Shown: in pieces, positions 1-5,261 of the stretch
How positions within the stretch are numbered: the stretch's first letter is position 1
Layout: every line of letters starts with the position of its first letter
Assembly (NCBI GenBank): GCA_038823825.1
Contig: JAWBCC010000009.1
Span: 1 to 5,261, forward strand
Direction of reading: 5' to 3'
From: Candidatus Hadarchaeales archaeon
GTDB lineage: Archaea > Hadarchaeota > Hadarchaeia > Hadarchaeales > Hadarchaeaceae
Length of the DNA stretch: 5,261 nt
Made by a program: the position numbers and the translations under genes
Notes under the pieces: model-generated
The model's input: the letters and a program-made list of their open reading frames with translations, nothing else
Told to the model about the DNA's origin: nothing
The model's database searches: none

Positions 1-22
1 TGACGCCGGGAACGGGGATCAC
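1..22 (-). CDS. tnpB: N-terminus of IS66-family TnpB (partial, runs off the left edge)
   Basis: The minus strand from 22 reads GTG ATC CCC GTT CCC GGC GTC = M-I-P-V-P-G-V, like the N-terminus of IS66 TnpB (MIPVPxGVRVWLATGHTDMRKG). The GTG overlaps the TGA stop of the preceding ORF as GTGA, the usual tnpA/tnpB coupling in IS66 elements. Only 7 codons are visible. Confidence 0.7.
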
Positions 23-405
23 CCGGACAGACCCCGGATCAGCCGAGCGAGAGCCTCGGGATCGTAGCGGCCGCTGATCCGCATCCGATGACCGCCCGCG
101 ACGTCGATCTCGATCGTCCCACTCGGTTCTCGAGCATCGCCCGGCGAAGGAGCGCCGTCGCAAACCGGGGGATCGACGATCTCGACCGGCAGGAAGCAGG
201 GATCCGCCGTCGGGACGGTATCCGGGTCCGGCGCGAACCGAGGGTCACGCAGCCATTTGAAGATGACGTTCGCATTCAGCGCGTAGCGCCGCGCCACCTG
301 CGCCACGGAAACACCGGGCGCCGTCGTCTGGAGACAGATCGACCGCTGCTCCTCCACGGTCCAGAGCCGCTTCGTTCGACGCGCCATCGGAAGGCCCAGG
401 CCCAT
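19..405 (-). CDS. tnpA: IS66-family accessory transposase protein TnpA (helix-turn-helix, 128 aa as called; start may instead be Met7 at 387)
   Basis: Complete ORF with RRTKRLWTVEEQRSICLQTTAPGVSVAQVARRYALNANVIFKWLRD, an IS3/IS911/IS66-OrfA-type HTH (VSVAQVARRYALNANVIFKW). The C-terminal GGHRMRISGRYDPEALARLIRGLSG is typical of IS66 TnpA. The internal start MARRTKRLW is a plausible true N-terminus. Confidence 0.9.
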   Translation of the reverse strand: MGLGLPMARRTKRLWTVEEQRSICLQTTAPGVSVAQVARRYALNANVIFKWLRDPRFAPDPDTVPTADPCFLPVEIVDPPVCDGAPSPGDAREPSGTIEIDVAGGHRMRISGRYDPEALARLIRGLSG

Positions 406-433
406 AGTGTCCGCTATCCAAAGCGGACACTAT
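404..433. repeat. Perfect 12-bp inverted repeat with 6-nt loop overlapping the 5' end of tnpA
   Basis: ATAGTGTCCGCT (404-415), loop ATCCAA, AGCGGACACTAT (422-433); the arms are exact reverse complements. Confidence 0.9.
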
Positions 434-464
434 CCGACGCTCCCCAGTCCCGGCAGGGCGGCGA

Positions 465-478
465 CCCCGGACGCTTAC
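465..478 (-). repeat. Putative left terminal inverted repeat of the minus-oriented IS66 element
   Basis: The plus strand reads CCCCGGACGCTTAC; the minus strand starts GTAAGCGTCCGG, matching the IS66-family terminus GTAAGCG. It lies about 73 bp upstream of the tnpA start at 405. Confidence 0.65.
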
Positions 479-574
479 GATCCACACGCCTGGCTCGCCG
501 ACACGCTGGCCCGCATCCCGGACTACAAGGTTACCAAGCTCGACGAGCTGCTGCCCTGGCGCCGGAGCCGGTAG
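479..574 (+). pseudogene. C-terminal remnant of an IS66-family DDE transposase TnpC
   Basis: The plus frame from 479 reads GAT CCA CAC GCC TGG ... = DPHAWLADTLARIPDYKVTKLDELLPWRRSR*, the C-terminal motif of IS66 transposases (DPxAWLxDxLxRIxDxxxxxLDELLPW). TAG stop at 572-574. The rest of the gene is absent and the ORF track does not list it. Confidence 0.88.
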
Positions 575-582
575 CGGTCAGA

Positions 583-594
583 CCGGACGCTTAC
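583..594 (+). repeat. Putative right terminal inverted repeat of the plus-oriented IS66 remnant
   Basis: CCGGACGCTTAC, identical to 467-478, begins 8 bp after the TnpC stop codon and matches an IS66 terminus. Confidence 0.65.
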
Positions 595-635
595 CCGGAG
601 GGCGGCGCTTAAGCGTTTGATAACGCGTGTAGATT

Positions 636-683
636 TGGTTGCGGGGGTAGGATTTGAACCTACGACCTTCAGGTTATGAGCCT
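636..683 (-). tRNA. Partial tRNA-fMet (anticodon CAT): 3' 48 nt only, likely att-site duplicate
   Basis: The minus strand reads AGG-CTCATAA-CCTGA-AGGTC-GTAGG-TTCAAAT-CCTAC-CCCCGCA-A-CCA. This gives an anticodon loop with CAT (plus positions 676-678), variable loop, perfect T stem, acceptor 3' strand and encoded CCA. CCCCGCAACCA matches the initiator tRNA-fMet 3' end. Homology stops after three bases of the 5' anticodon arm and no D arm or 5' acceptor strand follows. Confidence 0.92.
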
Positions 684-875
684 CGACCCGCGGAAAGCCA
701 CTTCTCTCTGGATTTCATGCAGTTACGAGGATAACCCCTTGACCTGCAATTTACTTTCCGCCGCATTGATCCGCAGAAAACCGCAAGCAGCGGCGCAGCT
801 CGGAGAACCAACCCGATACCCCGGTTGACCTATTGTTGACCTGGTATCTCGCCGCCATGAAGGCGCCGCTCGGCA

Positions 876-3611
876 TCACGTCCACCCCGTCCGCATCAAC
901 ACCCCAAAATCACGGCGAGAGAGAACTTCAGTACAGTCACGCCAATCCTTGTCCGACGGTTCGGCGGTTGCCCGGTAACGGAGATCGAACCCGGTCGCCT
1001 CGCGCTGAGCGCTGATGTATTCGTCCATCTTCTGCCCAAGCGTCTCAATATCGTCGATCCACTCGTCCTTTATCGTGTCTGGTAATGAGCCGAATAGGTT
1101 GTATCGGTCGCGCATTCGTTCCGACAGCCGTTCGTAGACCTTTTCGTCTACTGTTTGCTCGTTAACTAGATTCAGCATGTCGACCTTCTCACGAGCCTGG
1201 CCGAACCGCTTGATGCGCCCGATGCGCTGCTCTAGCCGCGTTGGGTTCCAGGGCAGGTCGATATTGATCAGTGTCCCGAGGGTCTGAAGGTTTAGCCCTT
1301 CGCAGGCGGCATCCGTCGCCGCCATGATCTTGATCTCGTGTTCGGCGACCATCTTTTTCAGCGTCTCACGCTCGATGCTGACGCTCTCGCCCTTTTGGTA
1401 GAGCCGGCTGCGTGACGCCCCGGCATAGAGGCCGATCGCCTGTTCGGGAAACCTCACAGCCAAGGAGTCGGCGACCCATTTTGCTGTGTCGTAGTATTGA
1501 CTGAAGATGATCGCTCCATGATCGCGCCATTTTTCGCGCTCAAGGAAGTGGATGGTGGCCTGAAGCTTTGGATCGACCTCAATCCGCTCCAAGCGTCCGA
1601 TCAGCTGTTCGAGGACGGCTCTCTCTTCGGTGCTTTCGACGGCAAGCTCGATCTCCTGGTCTTCCGTTTCTTCCTGCACTGTGCGTCCCGCGAGAAGCGT
1701 TCTGGCAGTACTTAGGCCCGCCGCGATACTCGAGCATATCCGCTGCTCCATGAGATTCTTCATAAAGCCGCTGCCTTTCCCCCGCTTCGAGATCGCCTTG
1801 CCGAAGGCGCGGGCCTCGCGATAGGCCTCCCGAAAATCGTCACTGGTCCGAAGAGCTTTGCCCTCGAACAGCGCGTCAAATCGCTGTGTGTCCCGGATGA
1901 ACTGGCGATCGGGGTGGAGATCGACCCCGATCTTCGGAAGGAGGCCCGCTTCTTCGAGATCGACCCGTTTGCGCAGCACAATATGACGAATGAAGGGGTT
2001 TTCGCGCTGGAAGAATGTCGCCCCGGAAATCTCGCGTTCAAGCTCCTCTTCGAGGATCTCGCGTGTATCATCAGAAAGCTGCGTAAGTGAGGCGCTGCAT
2101 TCCGTCTGCCGATCGGGCAAGGCAAGGTCTTGGCGGATCGCGCTGATGAGACGTCTTGCTCGCGGTTCGTTGGTCGAATTGACCAGTGGGAGCGGTGACC
2201 GCAGCAGTTCCCATGCTAACTCCGCTTCCGCGACGTCGCTCTGGCCCGAGATAATGGGCAAAACCGCCTGTGGCTTGTGCCAGCGCGCGTAATCATTGCC
2301 GAGGACAAAGCGACCCTTGCCTCGATGAAGAATGCGCATCAGGTCCCATAGGTCTTCGGACCGTGTCTGGATCGGAGTGGCGGTTCCAAGAAGCACGTGA
2401 TCGCTTCGCTCGGCGATTGCTTGCGCAAATGCCAGAAGCTCGTTGGGAGTGCCGGCATTGCTTCCAAAGCCTTGGCGGCTGCGTGCCTTGTGGGCCTCAT
2501 CGAGGATCACCAATCCGAAGCGGAGCCCCATTAGGTGCTGCTTCTCAGGGCTGTCCCGCATCATCAGGCCGGTCGAGACGATCCCAATCCTTAAGGGGCA
2601 GCGCGCGATCTGCTCCCGTCCAACCGGGGAGATCGCGCGATCTTCAGGATCGAGCCAGACCTTCTTTTGAGTTTCCCAGCGAGCGCAGGGAATTCCCAGC
2701 TTGTCGATCATCTCGGTCTGCCATTGCTCACACAGCGTCGCGGGAGCGAAGATGACGACTGGCCTCTGCCCTCCCGTCTCCTGAACTTGAAGAAGGCAAA
2801 GTGCCAACGCTGCAGTGCCGAGCGAAAGCGTTTTTCCGAGCCCCACCTCGTCCGCCAGGAGAAGGCGGACGATCCCATGATTTTCGTGATGACGAATGCA
2901 CTCAGTCAGAAAACTCTGTTGCCAGGGCTGAAGCGAGAAGCCCTCGCGATAGAGCGGTGACTCGATCAGCGCGGCTGGCGCGAGGTCCTCTGGATCCTCG
3001 ATCTCGTCGAACAACACCTCGCGGCGATAGCCCCGTCGGCGAACTTCGCGAATAACAGCGCGCGGCAACTCCTTTGCTGCCCGCCAAAGGAATTCGAACT
3101 CTTCCTCGATCCACGCCACGCCTTCTGGCGAAGAGTCCTCCCAGAGAATTTCATAGTGCCGCTGCCAGCCACTGCGCGTCTCGTTCATGGAACCGATGAA
3201 GCCAAGCTTGCGTCCGTCAGCGCACTCGATCACGCCGGCCTTGCCGTGCAGGAAGCCGCAGATATCATCGGGGGCGACCCGGACTGCCTGGCCGTGCTTT
3301 TGAAGAAAGGCGTCCAGGCGGCGATAGCGTTCGCGGTTCAGCAGTGCTTCGGCCTCCGGGGAGCGCTCGTTCCAGCGCCCGATCATTTTGGCCTCGCGCA
3401 GCTGGGCGACTTTCAGATCATCCGGGTGGATATCGACATTGCAGACGATCTTCACCTCGGGGATCTCGTCCAGCAGTTCGCCAGCCACCTCGAACAGCGA
3501 ACTAGTGAAGTAGCCGGCAATGCGCTTGTAGCTCCGGGCACCTTTCAGGTGCTCCAGAAGGACCGTCTGATCGAGCCGTTGCTTGCGCGAAGAGAAGCGG
3601 CGGATGGTCAA
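876..3611 (-). CDS. PLD-like nuclease domain + SNF2/RapA-type helicase, anti-phage-associated (911 aa, TTG start)
   Basis: Long ORF. N-terminal PLD-like motif HGKAGVIECADGRKLGFIGSMNETRSGW. Helicase motifs: I LLLADEVGLGKT, II VILDEAHKAR, III LLGTATPIQT, and C-terminal NIDLPWNPTRLEQRIGRIKRFGQ (motifs V/VI), followed by the RapA-like segment LVNEQTVDEKVYERL. TTG start preceded by a purine-rich GAGGCGAGGGG; the only in-frame start candidate before the upstream stop. Confidence 0.93.
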   Translation of the reverse strand: MTIRRFSSRKQRLDQTVLLEHLKGARSYKRIAGYFTSSLFEVAGELLDEIPEVKIVCNVDIHPDDLKVAQLREAKMIGRWNERSPEAEALLNRERYRRLDAFLQKHGQAVRVAPDDICGFLHGKAGVIECADGRKLGFIGSMNETRSGWQRHYEILWEDSSPEGVAWIEEEFEFLWRAAKELPRAVIREVRRRGYRREVLFDEIEDPEDLAPAALIESPLYREGFSLQPWQQSFLTECIRHHENHGIVRLLLADEVGLGKTLSLGTAALALCLLQVQETGGQRPVVIFAPATLCEQWQTEMIDKLGIPCARWETQKKVWLDPEDRAISPVGREQIARCPLRIGIVSTGLMMRDSPEKQHLMGLRFGLVILDEAHKARSRQGFGSNAGTPNELLAFAQAIAERSDHVLLGTATPIQTRSEDLWDLMRILHRGKGRFVLGNDYARWHKPQAVLPIISGQSDVAEAELAWELLRSPLPLVNSTNEPRARRLISAIRQDLALPDRQTECSASLTQLSDDTREILEEELEREISGATFFQRENPFIRHIVLRKRVDLEEAGLLPKIGVDLHPDRQFIRDTQRFDALFEGKALRTSDDFREAYREARAFGKAISKRGKGSGFMKNLMEQRICSSIAAGLSTARTLLAGRTVQEETEDQEIELAVESTEERAVLEQLIGRLERIEVDPKLQATIHFLEREKWRDHGAIIFSQYYDTAKWVADSLAVRFPEQAIGLYAGASRSRLYQKGESVSIERETLKKMVAEHEIKIMAATDAACEGLNLQTLGTLINIDLPWNPTRLEQRIGRIKRFGQAREKVDMLNLVNEQTVDEKVYERLSERMRDRYNLFGSLPDTIKDEWIDDIETLGQKMDEYISAQREATGFDLRYRATAEPSDKDWRDCTEVLSRRDFGVLMRTGWT

Positions 3612-3633
3612 TCGATCAGTGCCCCTCGCCTCG

Positions 3634-3756
3634 TCACTGCCCGAAAACGCGCAGGTTCTTCATGCGACCGCCGAGAACCTCCGCTGCATCGCGCACTTCC
3701 TTCTCGGGAGCCTTGCGCTCGATGAAACCCAGCATGTCAATCAGTAGCCGGCGTGC
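3634..3756 (-). pseudogene. In-frame continuation of the DUF1156 methylase ORF downstream of the TAA at 3757-3759
   Basis: Same frame as the upstream ORF: ARRLLIDMLGFIERKAPEKEVRDAAEVLGGRMKNLRVFGQ* with TGA at 3634-3636. It has protein-like amphipathic helical composition and occupies most of the inter-ORF gap. Confidence 0.65.
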
Positions 3757-5261
3757 TTACATGAAATCGGGCAGGTCTTCTTGAATCTGGCCAATCACAA
3801 CCTGTGGCTCGACTTCCTCTAGCAGCTGTTTCAGCCCGATGATAATCCGGCCGAGCCATGTCGACCCGATCTCGGTGCTGTCGGTCAGATCGCGGGACGC
3901 GAACTCCGTCACGCGCTTCAGGCCGGCGCTGTTTGCAGCCATGTTCCCCATGATCCGAGCGTAGTCGCCCACTCGGAATGCTTTGGCGAAGTTCTGGTAG
4001 TTATCGAGCTTGCTGGCCCCGGTCGTCTCCATATCCATCATGCGGAAGTAGAAGCGCTGGACGCCTGATAGCCGAGCCCAGGTTTCTGCATTGAGACCCT
4101 CTGGCACCAAAAGGCTGTTCGCCGCTTCGGCCGCTTGCTGGACGATCTCGTCCACAACCGTCACCTCACCCCGCCGGCGCGGGCGCAGCGCGAACGTTGT
4201 CACGTCTTCGCCGCCGATATGGGTGTAGGCGGTCAGCACCTTCAGCGCTGCCGCATAGCCCGCCATCTGAAGGTCGGAGTCGTTGAAGACCGGCTCGCCC
4301 AGCTTGTCCTTCACCTCCTCGTTGAGGTGCATCATGCTTTCGATCTGGCGCTCGACCTCGCTCCGAACCGCCGGCAAGATGCGTTGCTTGAAGCCGGTCC
4401 GCTCGCCTGCGGCGCGCTTCTTCAACATCAGGGTTACAGTGCCCTGCACGTAACCGCCTTTCTTCAGCTCGGAGGTTGTTTCGGTCGCGATGTACCACGC
4501 GACGACCACCTGAAGACCCGCGGCCCAGAAAATGCCCACCATGTCGGACCAAACCCCTGTGTCCTGGTGGGTGAACATCACGCATTGCAAGCCGTTATCG
4601 GGCATGTGCTCGGCCATCGCCCGATAGGCGCTGACCATGCCACGGCGGAAGTCGTCACCTGAACCCTTGATCGCTAGCGCCCGCCGCGAGTCCCACGTCC
4701 AATCGCTGAATTCCTTGGGAAGGTTCCGGCGAAGCCAGGCGATGAAGAATTCCGTGATCTCATGATACATAACGGCATCAGCGTACGGCGGATCGGTGAC
4801 AAAGATATCCGATCTCTCTGGACTATCGGCAGACCTCGTAGTCACCGTCGCGCTCAGATGTGACAGATCACTGTATCGGGCGGACCCAAGGCCCCATTGT
4901 GATAACAAGAAGAAGCTGCTCCGAGTCCCGTAGTTAAGAAATGTGTCGAGGGCCTGGTTATAAAAAAGATTCTCTGGTTTATCCCAGCCGGTGTGCCAGT
5001 GACACCCCCGATTATTCCAATCCAATGTCTTTGCAGCAAACAACGCCATTTCTGCCGGGCAATCTGACGACAAAGCTTGCTCGAGGATGATCTTCTGAAC
5101 CAGCAACTGCCGCGGATTGAAAAAATGATGCCAATGGGTCCAACCGCGTGTCCGGATTGGCTCATCGGTCTTATCCCCGGGCTCAATCTCCATATCGGGA
5201 ACCAGACCGAGCCCTTGCCACAGTTCCAGGTTGTCCGCCACTATCTGTTGAACAAGTTTCT
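3757..5261 (-). CDS. DUF1156-type adenine-specific DNA methylase, C-terminal part (5' end off the right edge)
   Basis: The ORF listed to 5241 stays open to the window edge (upstream codons K-L-V-Q-Q-I-V), so its listed GTG start is probably artificial. N6-adenine/N4-cytosine MTase motif IV DPPY at 4783-4794 in FVTDPPYADAVMYHEITEFFIAWLRR. The following region (WDSRRALAIKGSGDDFRRGMVSAYRAM, LKKGGYVQGTVTLMLKKR) resembles DUF1156 anti-phage-associated proteins. Confidence 0.88.
   Translation of the reverse strand, partial: KLVQQIVADNLELWQGLGLVPDMEIEPGDKTDEPIRTRGWTHWHHFFNPRQLLVQKIILEQALSSDCPAEMALFAAKTLDWNNRGCHWHTGWDKPENLFYNQALDTFLNYGTRSSFFLLSQWGLGSARYSDLSHLSATVTTRSADSPERSDIFVTDPPYADAVMYHEITEFFIAWLRRNLPKEFSDWTWDSRRALAIKGSGDDFRRGMVSAYRAMAEHMPDNGLQCVMFTHQDTGVWSDMVGIFWAAGLQVVVAWYIATETTSELKKGGYVQGTVTLMLKKRAAGERTGFKQRILPAVRSEVERQIESMMHLNEEVKDKLGEPVFNDSDLQMAGYAAALKVLTAYTHIGGEDVTTFALRPRRRGEVTVVDEIVQQAAEAANSLLVPEGLNAETWARLSGVQRFYFRMMDMETTGASKLDNYQNFAKAFRVGDYARIMGNMAANSAGLKRVTEFASRDLTDSTEIGSTWLGRIIIGLKQLLEEVEPQVVIGQIQEDLPDFM

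Larger units (their letters stand above)
636..5261. mobile_element. Left end of a probable tRNA-fMet-integrated genomic island (right end outside the window)
   Basis: The truncated tRNA 3' end marks one boundary. A minus-strand tRNA with its 5' half missing on the right implies the inserted DNA lies to the right. Defence-type genes follow. No integrase is visible here. Confidence 0.55.

Noticed and set aside
88-612. 174-aa plus-strand ORF
   Set aside because: Antisense to tnpA, then out of frame with the recognisable TnpC C-terminal scrap (which is in the frame starting at 479). Arginine/proline-rich shadow ORF in GC-rich DNA.
850-868. Possible terminator hairpin CGCC-ATGAA-GGCG downstream of the helicase
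   Set aside because: Only about 4 bp of stem and no U-tract; too weak to call.
684-875. CRISPR array or retron-like ncRNA in the non-coding gap
   Set aside because: Only 5-8 bp repeats, no regular repeat-spacer units, and no reverse transcriptase or cas gene nearby.
2270-2960. Plus-strand ORFs 2270..2755 and 2667..2960
   Set aside because: Antisense to helicase motifs I-III; low-complexity Arg/Ser composition typical of shadow ORFs.
3156-3725. 189-aa plus-strand ORF
   Set aside because: Antisense to the conserved PLD-containing N-terminus of the helicase; no recognisable domain.
4135-4662. 175-aa plus-strand ORF and the overlapping 4166..4585 minus-strand ORF
   Set aside because: Both overlap the methylase coding frame and lack recognisable motifs; His/Arg-rich composition suggests frame artefacts.
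5239-5241. GTG at 5241 as the true start of the methylase
   Set aside because: The frame stays open to the window edge (K-L-V-Q-Q-I before it), and DUF1156 proteins have a substantial region before the DPPY motif, so the gene is truncated by the window.

Overview
The window reads as the edge of an integrated genomic island carrying an anti-phage-type gene pair. (1) 1-594 is IS66-family material. It holds a complete minus-strand tnpA-like ORF whose stop overlaps, by 4 bp (GTGA), a GTG start for tnpB running off the left edge. Next to it is an oppositely oriented C-terminal scrap of an IS66 tnpC (DPHAWLADTLARIPDYKVTKLDELLPWRRSR*). Each part ends in the same 12-mer CCGGACGCTTAC, the reverse complement of the GTAAGCG-type IS66 terminus. 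(2) 636-683 (minus) is the 3' 48 nt of an initiator tRNA-fMet(CAT) including CCA, with no 5' half. This is the classic signature of an att site at the distal end of an element integrated into a tRNA 3' end, and the geometry puts the island to the right. (3) 876-3611 (minus) is a 911-aa fusion of a PLD-like nuclease domain and an SNF2/RapA-type helicase. (4) 3757-5261 (minus, running off the right edge) is the C-terminal part of a DUF1156-type DNA methylase with a DPPY motif. The helicase/methylase pairing matches modules found in defence islands with DUF1156, DUF499, DUF3780 and a helicase. The most unusual feature is an in-frame TAA (3757-3759) followed in the same frame by 40 protein-like codons (ARRLLIDMLGFIERKAPEKEVRDAAEVLGGRMKNLRVFGQ*). 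These fill most of the gap to the helicase gene, which suggests a nonsense-truncated methylase, readthrough, or a small reinitiated product.
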